Virus record (IMG/VR): IMGVR_UViG_3300025131_000006
From: a virus
Direction: 5' to 3' (one strand)
Length of the DNA stretch: 64,000 nt
The position numbers and the translations under genes are program-made. Positions within the stretch are counted from its first letter, which is position 1. Each line of letters opens with the position of its first letter. Shown here piece by piece: positions 27,878 through 37,364 of this stretch. Under the pieces are notes generated by a model. That model was not told the DNA's origin, did no database searches, and saw nothing but the letters and a program-made list of their open reading frames with translations.

Positions 27878-28057
27878 ATGGCAAAGAAACACAAAGTGCC
27901 TGCTGAGTTGGCTGCGTTGGGGTTCGAGCACATTCGCTCTGTGAGTTCAGGCGAGGTCTCGTCGGAGAAAGAGGTGATGATGGAGGTGTTGGCTCCGCAA
28001 GATAGGGAGGATGACGCGGAGGACAACGCGGAGGACAGTGCGAAGCCGGAAGAATAG
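27878..28057 (+). CDS. small acidic protein (59 aa)
   Basis: AAGGAG RBS; MAKKHKVPAEL... Confidence 0.6.
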   Translation: MAKKHKVPAELAALGFEHIRSVSSGEVSSEKEVMMEVLAPQDREDDAEDNAEDSAKPEE

Positions 28058-28061
28058 TCCA

Positions 28062-28298
28062 ATGCGAGTAATCAGGTTCTATGAGTGTTGCTACTCGGAC
28101 TGTTGCTCGGAGTGGAAGGTGTCCGGACCATTTAGGTATGGCCCGTACGGCGAGTCTATGTGCCCTGTCTGTGAAAGGCATGGATATATGGTGTCGTCAT
28201 CGATATTAGAACCTGATGCCGCCAGCGTGAGAAGAGGCGTTTTTTTTGCTGTGGCTATTGCCATGTTGGCGATGGGGGCGGCGTATATCGCCTTGTGA
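28062..28298 (+). CDS. small zinc-ribbon protein with C-terminal TM helix
   Basis: CCYSDC...CPVC; hydrophobic tail. Confidence 0.55.
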   Translation: MRVIRFYECCYSDCCSEWKVSGPFRYGPYGESMCPVCERHGYMVSSSILEPDAASVRRGVFFAVAIAMLAMGAAYIAL

Positions 28299-28305
28299 AC
28301 ATCAG

Positions 28306-28320
28306 GTTTAGTGACTGAAC
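28306..28320. repeat. 15-bp palindrome, site 10
   Basis: GTTTAGTGACTGAAC. Confidence 0.9.
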
Positions 28321-28350
28321 TTGGAGTGTGTCTCCTCCAAGGAGGTTTTC

Positions 28351-28884
28351 GTGCAATCTTCTTTGTTTGACCTCCCTCCACCTCCGTCTGATGACAACTG
28401 CGAGTGGTACACTCCAGGGTTTATCGTCGAGGGGGCTCGTGCAACATTGGGAGCGATTGACTTGGACCCTGCTTCCTGCGACGCGGCGAATCGGGTAGTG
28501 AAAGCAAGATCAATCTATACAGTGGAGTCGAACGGGTTGGCCCAAATGTGGTCAGGCCGGGTGTGGATGAATCCGCCATACGGGAGAGAGTTGGTCGAAC
28601 AGTTTACTGAAAAGCTTGTGTCTCATTTTCTTGCGGGAGATGTGACGAGTGCCTTGTGCTTGACGAACAATTGCACAGAGACAGATTGGTGGGGCCATAT
28701 AGCCTTCCACGCAGCCTGTGTGTTGTTCCCTAGTAGGCGGATTCCATTTTGGGGTCCATTGGCGGCAAAGAACGGGCCTCGCCAAGGACAGACATTGTTT
28801 CTATTAACGGAAGACCTGGAGATCATGAGAAGGTTTCAGAAATCCTTTGAGGGGTTGGGTTGTATCGCGAGAGTAATTGCATGA
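28351..28884 (+). CDS. phage DNA N6-adenine methyltransferase (Dam-like family)
   Basis: EWYTP, IDLDPAS, GL...WSGRVWMNPPYG; GTG start after AGGAGG. Confidence 0.9.
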   Translation: MQSSLFDLPPPPSDDNCEWYTPGFIVEGARATLGAIDLDPASCDAANRVVKARSIYTVESNGLAQMWSGRVWMNPPYGRELVEQFTEKLVSHFLAGDVTSALCLTNNCTETDWWGHIAFHAACVLFPSRRIPFWGPLAAKNGPRQGQTLFLLTEDLEIMRRFQKSFEGLGCIARVIA

Positions 28885-29102
28885 CGTATACAGACGAAGA
28901 GAAGGAAGAGTACCGGTATGAGATCTATAAGGGCGGATGGGAGGGCTACCGAGCCAAGCTTGTTAAGGGGAAGAACTTTGGTTTTGTCAGGCCAATGATC
29001 GTGCTGACGGAGCAGGGGCCTCGGCGACTTGGAATACCGCGAAACTGCGTGAGAGAGGACAGGGAGTTTTGGGGGAAGGGGCATCCAGGGCAAGATTTGT
29101 GA
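28881..29102 (+). CDS. small hypothetical protein
   Basis: ATGA overlap with the methyltransferase stop. Confidence 0.5.
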   Translation: MTYTDEEKEEYRYEIYKGGWEGYRAKLVKGKNFGFVRPMIVLTEQGPRRLGIPRNCVREDREFWGKGHPGQDL

Positions 29103-29243
29103 TGCCGTGGTGGGGGATTGCGGCAACCGCAGCGAGGACGTATAAATAAAAGACCAGATGTCTTGGGCCAGCACCATCTCAGAATGTGGTGACTTATATC
29201 GGGGGCTTGGGGGCATCTGGTCTTTTATGCTGTGGAGAACAAT

Positions 29244-30071
29244 ATGCCATTCCGAGACAGTGCTTTTGGGGTTGATTGGGATTTTGGTTTGGCCGACGCG
29301 ATGGTGGGCGAGCGCGGCGATGTTGTTGTCCACGAGATCGGAGTCCGGTGCCCATGTGTGCGGGTACACCCCAGTGAGGGCTCTGTCGGCCAGCCCAAGG
29401 CAAACTGTAAGCGGTGCCGTGGTAGATCTATTTTTTACGTCGAGCCGGTGCGTCTCGTGGGTTTGGTGACGAGCATGAGTGCGAATGCGCTGTGGTCGTC
29501 AGTGGGTTGGGTGTCGCCGGGAGACATGTTGTTCTCGCCAGGGGCTCGTGCTCGCCGCATGAGCAACGGAGATCGGATCACAGCGACGGCTCCAATGCCT
29601 TTCGAGGGGCAAGTGATCTTGCGCGGGGTGGACTCCGTCTTTTCTCCACGCACAGACGATCTTTTGGCGAATGAGGATCTCTTGTATTGGGAGTCCGGTT
29701 ATCGCCAGGCAGTTTGGTTGGAAGACGAGGATGACAATGTATACCGTGCAGGCGAGTATGTATTGGACGGTCGCCGAATCAAGTGGACCGATGGATGTGG
29801 CCCGGCAGTCGGGAAAAAGTATGGTGTGAAGTACGAGGCATTTTTTGAATACATCGTGTGGATTCCCCCAGCCGAGCGTTGGGACATGGCCCGCGAGTTG
29901 GGCCAACGTGTGATGTTGCGACGCTCTGTGGTGGAGGTTAATCCAGGGATGCACCCAATTATTGAGCCGTGGGCAGAGCGGGTGGAGGGGAATCCTTTCC
30001 AGGGGTACGAGAACCCCTATTCGTTGTATACTGATGAGCCATTGTCCAAGCCCACGAAACCGCAGCGGTAG
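29244..30071 (+). CDS. putative head-closure/neck protein
   Basis: RCPC...CKRCRG Cys motif; position upstream of the sheath gene. Confidence 0.55.
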   Translation: MPFRDSAFGVDWDFGLADAMVGERGDVVVHEIGVRCPCVRVHPSEGSVGQPKANCKRCRGRSIFYVEPVRLVGLVTSMSANALWSSVGWVSPGDMLFSPGARARRMSNGDRITATAPMPFEGQVILRGVDSVFSPRTDDLLANEDLLYWESGYRQAVWLEDEDDNVYRAGEYVLDGRRIKWTDGCGPAVGKKYGVKYEAFFEYIVWIPPAERWDMARELGQRVMLRRSVVEVNPGMHPIIEPWAERVEGNPFQGYENPYSLYTDEPLSKPTKPQR

Positions 30072-30077
30072 ATCGCG

Positions 30078-30512
30078 ATGTTCAAGTCCATAGGCGAGAG
30101 TTTAGAGCGAGAGCTTGGGAAGATGTTGCAGCATTGGGGAGGGGAACTGCAAGGTCTTCAGGAGATCGAAGTGGAGCAGGACGATTCTGTGGAGGAAGCA
30201 GGTCTACAGGATTCGAGCCTTAATCGAATGACAGAGCGGGCACCGGGGATGCAGGACTTCTTGCGCTTGACGGGTCCACCGCAGACCCCGATGGGCTTCA
30301 ATCAGGGCGTGTACACCCCCAGAGCCTTCCCAGGTGCTCCTCCGTTGCTTCCAAGTGGTCCTTGGGGTATGCAGCCAGTTGTTCCGCAGCAGCAGCCCTT
30401 TGCGTATGGTTCGGCACCGGAGTCTGGTGTGGAAGCGGATGGTGTCGATAAAGAGAAGATGGAAGAGGCCGTGGTCGGTGTGATGGAGCGCGTGCTCCAA
30501 AGGATTTTATAA
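30078..30512 (+). CDS. hypothetical protein
   Basis: 144 aa in operon; TAATG overlap with the next gene. Confidence 0.6.
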   Translation: MFKSIGESLERELGKMLQHWGGELQGLQEIEVEQDDSVEEAGLQDSSLNRMTERAPGMQDFLRLTGPPQTPMGFNQGVYTPRAFPGAPPLLPSGPWGMQPVVPQQQPFAYGSAPESGVEADGVDKEKMEEAVVGVMERVLQRIL

Positions 30513-31453
30513 TGGCATTGCCAGAGACCGTGATTGAATGGGCCTGTCGTCGGGCGTGGGAGTTCTTGGAGAGGTATCCTCGAACGATGGGGTATTTTGC
30601 CGAGGAGATGTCGCCGACGCAGCAAGAAGAGTACAAGGAGATCTTGCGAAACCAGAAACTCAGTAATAGCGTGGTTTTCTTGAATCCTGTGGGAGGCACC
30701 CCCATGCTCCCTATTACGGTGATCTCCCCACAGAACGACGTGGAAGACGTACAGTTTGTGGGAGATGAGGCGGACGATTACATTCCCCCGGAAGAGTTGC
30801 CGTTTCCCCCGGTGGCACCGGACGACTACCGAGACGGCGAGGCGTATTACGGGATATTGAGCGGTCTGACGACAAAGCCGCAGTTTATCCCCCGTGGGGG
30901 AGACGCCAGTTCTGACGTGACGAGGCACCACGACAAGGTGGAGTTGCATCGTGGCATCCAGCGGTATTGGGGAGACGAGCAACGGGAGAAGGTCGGATTC
31001 ACGCAAAAGGTCTTCAACGCACTCAAGGCGTATATTGGTGCACGGGCTGTGATCGACCGGGTGACTGTGAGTATCAGTGTGAAGGCGATTAACGGTGAGC
31101 AGGCCAATACGTTTGCCCGGATATTGCGCTCTGTGCTCCGGCAGTGGTCCGAGTGGTTCCACGTGAACGGTATCCAGAATCCAATTTTCTCAATGGGTCC
31201 TTTGTACGTGGATGCTGACTTGCAGCCAGCAGCAGGTGGAAGCGGTGCTTCGGCTCGCGATATAACGATGTCGTTCCAATATGAAGACCGATTTTACGAG
31301 GTCTTGCCGGTCTTGGCTAAGTTTATGGTGGAGGTGGACATGGTGACGCCAACAGGCGACGAGGACGGAGGAACTGATCTGACTCGTGTGGCAACGATTG
31401 AGGCGGGAGAGTCCGTCTTGAAAGTGCCGGATTTGCCAGACGAAGACGAATAG
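30512..31453 (+). CDS. putative tail completion/terminator protein
   Basis: Size and position directly before the sheath gene. Confidence 0.45.
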   Translation: MALPETVIEWACRRAWEFLERYPRTMGYFAEEMSPTQQEEYKEILRNQKLSNSVVFLNPVGGTPMLPITVISPQNDVEDVQFVGDEADDYIPPEELPFPPVAPDDYRDGEAYYGILSGLTTKPQFIPRGGDASSDVTRHHDKVELHRGIQRYWGDEQREKVGFTQKVFNALKAYIGARAVIDRVTVSISVKAINGEQANTFARILRSVLRQWSEWFHVNGIQNPIFSMGPLYVDADLQPAAGGSGASARDITMSFQYEDRFYEVLPVLAKFMVEVDMVTPTGDEDGGTDLTRVATIEAGESVLKVPDLPDEDE

Positions 31454-31471
31454 TATACTTTGGATGTCAGT

Positions 31472-31486
31472 GTTTAGCGACTGAAC
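31472..31486. repeat. 15-bp palindrome, site 11
   Basis: GTTTAGCGACTGAAC (1 mismatch). Confidence 0.85.
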
Positions 31487-31635
31487 ACTTTAGCGAAAGC
31501 AAGAGTGGCCAAAGACCAAAACATTTGCTATAACAAAAGAAGCAACCGGGTCTGAGCGGGCAGCAGAACCGAGAATCGTATATCCAACCGATAGTTGGAA
31601 TCACTCGTATCCGCTGCGGCGATGGGGATCTAAAG

Positions 31636-34600
31636 ATGGCTCGTTCGGTCGTTTTTCATGGCAAAGTGATTGTTCATCCGAGTGCTACGGCATACGTAGA
31701 CACTACCGGGATGGCACAACCTGGCGTTGATTTGAGCCAAGTGGCTGGCTGTATCGCCGAAGCTCCCCAAGGGCAACCTGGGATTCTCCATGCTTTCGCG
31801 GAGGCTGATAACGCGGTTGTGTATTTTGGAGAGGGCTCTGATGCGGCGGAAGCAGTCCGCTTGTTGTTGGAGGAGCCCAAGGATGACCGCGTGGACCAAG
31901 GTGCCGCGTTGGTCTTCGTGTATTGTCCGAGTCAGAACCAACAAGCCGAGTATTGGCTCGCGATGACGCCCAAGTACGAGGTAAACGGAACCACGTTGGT
32001 GGGTGCGGGCGGTTACGAGGTGACGGTGGAGGCTGCTGCTGATCGCGTAGGCAGCACCCATGCGTACATCGACGTGTTGGACACAGCGTTGACGGGCATC
32101 CAGCCCAATCAATTGAAAGATATGATCGTGGAGATCTCCCAAGGGTGGGGGAAGGGACAGCAGCGACAAGTGCTGTCTTCGGCGGCATCTCCTGTGGCGG
32201 GGCGCCAACGCTTAAAGCTCCGCTTGGATCAGACGTGGAACATCACGCCGTTTGCATCGGGCGTGGTGACGAAAGTGAAGCTCTTGGTGCCGTCGATCCA
32301 GTTGCTCTCCAGCGAGTGGGGGCCGGGCGGGAACCTGAACGATGGGTATTTTCGCCCCGAAGATACAAACGACCAGGACAAGGGATACAAGTTCCTTCAC
32401 CGCTACAATTATAACGAGGAGGTCACGGCGGTCCCGGTAGGCGGCACGAATGACCCGGCGTTTGAGATTCACGTTGACCCCACAGGGGGTTCGGTGACCC
32501 CGACGGATTGGATTCGGCCTCAACCTGTTGGGATCGAAGGAACGACGAAGACGGCACGTTCAGGTGTCGATCACACACAGTCGGCTTCGACGGGTCTGGC
32601 TCTGAATGGTGGGTCTCTTGGGGTGGCTAATGACCACCAAAACAGATGGATTGCTGTCACGGGTACAGACCGAACGGCGAACGGCGGCTACTACAACGCG
32701 ACGGTTTCGTGTGTTGCGGCAGTCACGGGAACGATCCCGGCAGGGTCGGTGCTGAAAGATCCGACGGGTAAGTTGGCGACCTTTGTGAAGGTGGAAGGTG
32801 TCGAGGTCCACTTCGCACAGCCGACAGGGCAGTTTGGCAGCGGTGTGAAGCTCGACCTGATTCCTCCGGACGTGAATAACTTCGTGACCGTTGACGCTGT
32901 CCCGAATCATTCTCCGGCGGCTGCGGGCGGATGGGTCCAGTTCACGTATGGCGAGACCGTGACAGCGACAGGTGGCGGCACCGGGAAGTTCATCGAAGAG
33001 ACCGACACGGGCGAGTTGATCTTGGGCACCATCGTGGGAACCATCGCCGACGGTGATACGCTGTCGGGAGCTACTGCGGTTCGAGACGGCGGCACTCCCA
33101 TCTTGAAGAGCACAGATGCCCTGTACGCTTCTCACGTCGAAGCGATCGGCAATATCTATAAGTTGGCCAGCCACACGTCAACGGTCGCGACCTTGACGGA
33201 CAAGCTCCCCAATCCGCTGATGTCGGGGTTGGGCTTTGTGCCAGGATCTGGTCTCCAATACAAGGTTATGACCTTGACCGATGTCGAGTTGCAGGTCACA
33301 GGCAAGTCGGGGAAGGCGGAGTCTTTGGCGATTGTGCTGAAAGACTCGAAGTCGTCTCCTGCGTGGACACAGACTCTGATAACGGTGGACCTGACCAAGT
33401 ACAACACGTACCAATCGTTGCGGGATCACTTGAACGAGAGTATTTGGGTGTTGTCGCGGTACGGGAACGGTCGTGCTCCGAACATCAACCCGGAGCGGTT
33501 CGACTTCGGGCAGCTTGCGGACCATTGGCAAGCGAACCTGGCATTCGGGGATGGTCCGGGTGCGACGTACGGGCAACGCAGCAAGTACGGCATCGTGCGT
33601 GACAACGTCCAGAAGGTCGTGGGTTGGCTGAACCAGAACCATGGCCGCTTCACGGCGGTTCGTGCGACAGGTGGCTTCGACGGTGGCTCGGCAGGGTATG
33701 CCTCTTCGTTTGGCGGAGCCGAGCCAGACACACAGACGGTGCACCAACAGTACTATAATGGGCTGTCAGGTGACTCGATCGTTCGCAAGGCGAGCGACAC
33801 GGCAGATCCGTTCTATCCCATTTCGTGGGCACACGGGTTCGAACAACTGCGGACGAACGACACGATCCGGGTGGATATTCCCTGTGCCTCGACGCCGAGA
33901 CGCGGGTGGGCCACGACCGATGTGGAGACGCTGCTGACCGACTTTAAGGCCCACTTGGACTTGTGCGAGTTGGAGCGTGTCTACCGCAACGGGTACTTTG
34001 GTCTCTCGGCTCCCTTGGAGAGCACAGCGACGACGACAGGGCTTTTGGAGTGGGTCAAGAAGATCAACCAAGAGAGCATGTCGTTGTGTGGCCAGGAGAT
34101 CTTGGAGACCACGACGCGGGGTATTCCGGAGTGGATGCCGGTGTGGGCGTTGGGTTGCAAGACGGCGGCGATGCAGTTGGGCAGTGACTTGGGTGAGGGC
34201 TTCTCGCTCAAGCACATCTCGGCAGACAATATCCGCTCACCCTTGGGTGATTGGGAGCCGACAAACCGCGTACAAGCTCGAAAGGCATCGTTGGGTGGCT
34301 TGCTGTACGTCAAGCCCCTGCGAGGCTCTTTCCGTATCAATCGCGGCTACACCACGCACGTGTCGAGCGACAACTTGGCTCGGACGGACATCAACGTGTG
34401 GGAGATCCGGAATGATCTGACACGCGGTATTCAAATTTTGATTGAGGATATGTTCATCGGGGAGGGTACGGGGTCGCGAGCCGAAGGTGTTCGCTTCAAG
34501 GCTCGTGCTTCCCCCGGTTCGATTCGAGGAGAGATTACCACCTTCTTGGCGGAGAAGAGGGCGGAGGGGATCATAGTGGACAGCGAGATCAATGGTAAGC

Positions 34601-34737
34601 CGATCTTGGCGTACCACAGCTTGTCCGTGAAGATTTCGGGTGACATTGTGCGGATCAAGTTCGGGTGCTTCCCGAAAGCAGCACTCAACTTCGCCTTGGT
34701 TGACATGGCGTTCCAATTGCCGCAACTCTCGGCTTAA
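31636..34737 (+). CDS. contractile tail sheath protein (1033 aa, large insertions)
   Basis: N-term FHGKVIVHPSATAYVD; C-term FRINRGYTT...INVWEIRNDL...FIG...I.TFL.......GII...ISGD.V.I.F...P. Confidence 0.85.
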   Translation: MARSVVFHGKVIVHPSATAYVDTTGMAQPGVDLSQVAGCIAEAPQGQPGILHAFAEADNAVVYFGEGSDAAEAVRLLLEEPKDDRVDQGAALVFVYCPSQNQQAEYWLAMTPKYEVNGTTLVGAGGYEVTVEAAADRVGSTHAYIDVLDTALTGIQPNQLKDMIVEISQGWGKGQQRQVLSSAASPVAGRQRLKLRLDQTWNITPFASGVVTKVKLLVPSIQLLSSEWGPGGNLNDGYFRPEDTNDQDKGYKFLHRYNYNEEVTAVPVGGTNDPAFEIHVDPTGGSVTPTDWIRPQPVGIEGTTKTARSGVDHTQSASTGLALNGGSLGVANDHQNRWIAVTGTDRTANGGYYNATVSCVAAVTGTIPAGSVLKDPTGKLATFVKVEGVEVHFAQPTGQFGSGVKLDLIPPDVNNFVTVDAVPNHSPAAAGGWVQFTYGETVTATGGGTGKFIEETDTGELILGTIVGTIADGDTLSGATAVRDGGTPILKSTDALYASHVEAIGNIYKLASHTSTVATLTDKLPNPLMSGLGFVPGSGLQYKVMTLTDVELQVTGKSGKAESLAIVLKDSKSSPAWTQTLITVDLTKYNTYQSLRDHLNESIWVLSRYGNGRAPNINPERFDFGQLADHWQANLAFGDGPGATYGQRSKYGIVRDNVQKVVGWLNQNHGRFTAVRATGGFDGGSAGYASSFGGAEPDTQTVHQQYYNGLSGDSIVRKASDTADPFYPISWAHGFEQLRTNDTIRVDIPCASTPRRGWATTDVETLLTDFKAHLDLCELERVYRNGYFGLSAPLESTATTTGLLEWVKKINQESMSLCGQEILETTTRGIPEWMPVWALGCKTAAMQLGSDLGEGFSLKHISADNIRSPLGDWEPTNRVQARKASLGGLLYVKPLRGSFRINRGYTTHVSSDNLARTDINVWEIRNDLTRGIQILIEDMFIGEGTGSRAEGVRFKARASPGSIRGEITTFLAEKRAEGIIVDSEINGKPILAYHSLSVKISGDIVRIKFGCFPKAALNFALVDMAFQLPQLSA

Positions 34738-34886
34738 TCATCGCAGGTCTGAGGAGGGCAGTCGTCGGGGCTGTTTTGGCATACGATCAAGGAGATGTAT
34801 GCTCCTCCATATATAGCCAACGCTGTGATCAAGTCCAACATGTGGGTGAGGTATTCGACTCCTGTTTCGATGATATAGTACAGCAT
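34734..34886 (-). CDS. small hydrophobic protein
   Basis: 50 aa; its stop overlaps the sheath stop (TTAA). Confidence 0.35.
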   Translation of the reverse strand: MLYYIIETGVEYLTHMLDLITALAIYGGAYISLIVCQNSPDDCPPQTCDD

Positions 34887-34923
34887 CTCCGGGTTCCTGT
34901 TTTTGAGTGTCTTTGGCGTGGGC

Positions 34924-35160
34924 TTAGTAGAGTCCGTACATGGCCTCCATGGCATGCTCGTTGAGTTGTTCTTCGATCAGGTCTTTGGCGTCGGCAGCAG
35001 CCGCAACGACCTCTTCCCATGTGGGCATGGTGTCGGACACAAATTCGAAGGTGTGTTCGATGCCGTCGATAAGGGTGTCGATGTACCAAATATCTTCCTC
35101 TTTGACGGTTTCCACGATCTCGATGCTCGGTTCGGGTGGGGTCCATTGGGTGTCGTTCAT
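34924..35160 (-). CDS. small acidic protein
   Basis: GGAG RBS, MNDTQW... Confidence 0.6.
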   Translation of the reverse strand: MNDTQWTPPEPSIEIVETVKEEDIWYIDTLIDGIEHTFEFVSDTMPTWEEVVAAAADAKDLIEEQLNEHAMEAMYGLY

Positions 35161-35195
35161 GTGTTTTTCTCCGTAAACGTGTGATGAGGGTGTTC

Positions 35196-35591
35196 TTAGA
35201 CTTTTGCCGAGGAGTACCAATGGGGGGAGTCTTCGAGGTGTTCGTAGCTGAGTTGGGCTTCCTTTACCCGACTTTTGAATCGGTCGGCTTTGTCTCGGTC
35301 AGCAGCCTTCATGATGGAGAAGGTGTGGTCGTGATACCACCTCTTCATTGCGTGGACTTTTCCTCCGGGCTCCCGTGAGCACAATTCTGCGATAAGCTGT
35401 TGCGTGTCGCGGTGGAGGTCCATGCGGAATCGTATCCACGTGCTTCCTGCGAGGTGTTGCGGGTTGTGTCGGATGCGTTTTTGCAATATCGTGCACTTTC
35501 CATTACACAGGAAGCAGATGCCGCCGCAGACGTGGCTGTAAGCAGGGATGGTTCCTTCGGCTCGACATCGTGGGCAAGGAATCTCAGTCAT
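35196..35591 (-). CDS. zinc-finger phage protein
   Basis: CPRC..EG.IPAYSHV.GGICF.CNG. Confidence 0.7.
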   Translation of the reverse strand: MTEIPCPRCRAEGTIPAYSHVCGGICFLCNGKCTILQKRIRHNPQHLAGSTWIRFRMDLHRDTQQLIAELCSREPGGKVHAMKRWYHDHTFSIMKAADRDKADRFKSRVKEAQLSYEHLEDSPHWYSSAKV

Positions 35592-35877
35592 TGGCTTCTC
35601 CGTAAATGTGTCTGTGAAGAAAGTGTGCGTAAGATTCGCTCAGAGTTTCGCAGAGGACGTGACCCTCGCGGGTGAGTGAGAATTGGTCCTTGTGGATAAG
35701 TCCGCGTCGGACGAGAGCTTTTATTGTTGAGCGGTGAATCCCAGATCGATGTTTCTTGAAGTGAAGGAGAGAGGACGCTTGTTTTTGGGTGATTCTGTAT
35801 TCCGCGAGGGCGTCTTGTTTTTGCCTAGAGAACGCTTCTCGGAGATTCGTGTAGTCGGGGGCGTTTTCCATGTTCAC
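35584..35877 (-). CDS. small protein, possible winged-helix fold
   Basis: GAGGAG RBS; TIKALVRRGLI.....LTREG. Confidence 0.6.
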   Translation of the reverse strand: MNMENAPDYTNLREAFSRQKQDALAEYRITQKQASSLLHFKKHRSGIHRSTIKALVRRGLIHKDQFSLTREGHVLCETLSESYAHFLHRHIYGEAND

Positions 35878-35955
35878 ACTCCTCGCTGAGTCTTTTTGGG
35901 GATTTTGTTGGTTTCGACTCTCACTGTTTTTTTTCTCCGTCTTGGAATGTTCGAC

Positions 35956-35992
35956 TGTAATGGCTTTCTTCCCGTTCTATTTTGAGGTGCAC
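35956..35992 (-). promoter_or_regulatory. conserved 37-bp promoter-like motif, copy 5
   Basis: GTGCACCTCAAAATAGAACGGGAAGAAAGCCATTACA on minus strand. Confidence 0.75.
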
Positions 35993-36013
35993 CGCTCTCT
36001 CGCGTGTGGAATT

Positions 36014-36028
36014 ATTTAGTGACTGAAC
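36014..36028. repeat. 15-bp palindrome, site 12
   Basis: ATTTAGTGACTGAAC (1 mismatch), next to a TTGACA box. Confidence 0.85.
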
Positions 36029-36029
36029 A

Positions 36030-36058
36030 TTGACAACAGTATATCGGACTCGTATGCT
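36030..36058 (+). promoter_or_regulatory. sigma70-type promoter
   Basis: TTGACA-17 nt-TATGCT upstream of 36129. Confidence 0.65.
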
Positions 36059-36128
36059 ACATTTTGACATGGCAGAGGGGTCTGCTTGGCGAGCCTCCGA
36101 CGATCTGTAGCCCAATAGGAGAGAAAAG

Positions 36129-36695
36129 ATGGCTGATCGATTTGGAAGCACAACGTTTGTCAGTGGAAATGAAGATTGGTCTGCGAAGCTGCGAGACCTT
36201 GGCGATGGCCCGCAAGGTCCGTTTGCCGATGCACGACTGCTGGGTGCCTTTATGGGGCCTGCCATGAAAGTCGCCAGCTTCGAATGGCAGACCAACGTCA
36301 CAGCCCTTCCCGATTCGGCAGGAACGTCTGCGGTTATCGCAGACGTGGACAATGTCGAGCTTGCCTGTGGCTTCGAGCCCTTCGCTGCGATCTTGTTTGT
36401 CTACCCCAACCCCGCTGCCCCTGGTCTCATCATCACGGGCGAGGTCTTCATGAAAGTTGCGGGAATGGAAACCTTGAGCTTGAGCATCGCCTCGGTGGCC
36501 GACACGGTTCGCAACCAATTCCGCGACGGCGCCCTCAAATTTACCCACAGTGCGGCTCCGACCATCGAAGACTCGGTCATGCGCTTCAACAAGATCGACA
36601 CGGCGAAGTCCGACGGCTCGGTCGTCAGCGTCCTCAGTGCCGCGACGAGTGCGACCGCTGATGGCTATCACCGCCTCATCGTCCTCGGCAAGTAG
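36129..36695 (+). CDS. putative virion structural protein
   Basis: AGGAG RBS; many C-ending codons; lies between sheath and tube genes. Confidence 0.55.
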   Translation: MADRFGSTTFVSGNEDWSAKLRDLGDGPQGPFADARLLGAFMGPAMKVASFEWQTNVTALPDSAGTSAVIADVDNVELACGFEPFAAILFVYPNPAAPGLIITGEVFMKVAGMETLSLSIASVADTVRNQFRDGALKFTHSAAPTIEDSVMRFNKIDTAKSDGSVVSVLSAATSATADGYHRLIVLGK

Positions 36696-36910
36696 TCGAA
36701 TCAACTTCCTCTTTGGTGTTTGCGAGCACCTCCTCTCTACGCTGTTGCTCTGGGTCAAGTCATCTCCTACGACAGCCCCTCGGTAACGCCCCTCATCGAT
36801 TCTGGCCCTGTTTCAGGGCGATCCCCCTCTTTGTTCCCCTGTTTCATATCTGTTTGTGCGTCAGCACACTTATTTTATATGGGAGCTTGCAGTTCCCCAG
36901 GAGAAGCAAC

Positions 36911-37324
36911 ATGGCTCGCACATTTGCTGGTTCTCGTGCTCGTTTCGTCGTCCAAGGTCGTAAGTTTGCGTACGCGGGCGGCGTCAGCGGCGAAGAAACG
37001 GTCGATCTCGAACCCGTGGACGTCATGGACATGGTCGAGGTCTTGGAGTATGTTCCAGTAGGGTACCGCTCCAACTTCACAGTCAATCTGTTTCGGGTGA
37101 TTGGGTCTTCGCTGAAGAACCAAGGAATCTATCCGACCCAGAACAACATCTTGACCAGTGGAGAGGTCAACGCATCGGTGGAGGACAAGATCACCGATCG
37201 CGTGGCGTACCTGTTCCAACGGTGTCGAGCGAACACCAAGAACTTCGACTTTTCGGCTCGGTCTCTCGTGACAGAGACACTGAGCATGTTTGCGATTCGC
37301 GTATTGGACGAGTCGCAAGTGTAA
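36911..37324 (+). CDS. tail tube protein
   Basis: TFAGSRARF.V.G...AYA.GVSG.E....EPVDV.D..EV.EYVPVGY; follows sheath, precedes chaperones. Confidence 0.8.
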   Translation: MARTFAGSRARFVVQGRKFAYAGGVSGEETVDLEPVDVMDMVEVLEYVPVGYRSNFTVNLFRVIGSSLKNQGIYPTQNNILTSGEVNASVEDKITDRVAYLFQRCRANTKNFDFSARSLVTETLSMFAIRVLDESQV

Positions 37325-37364
37325 TTGGCCTCGGCCACCCCCGCAACCCCAGGAGAGATCGCTT

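Noticed and set aside
27878-28057. SEKEV in the small protein matching the upstream ART catalytic SEKEV
   Set aside because: A five-residue match is too short to distinguish from chance
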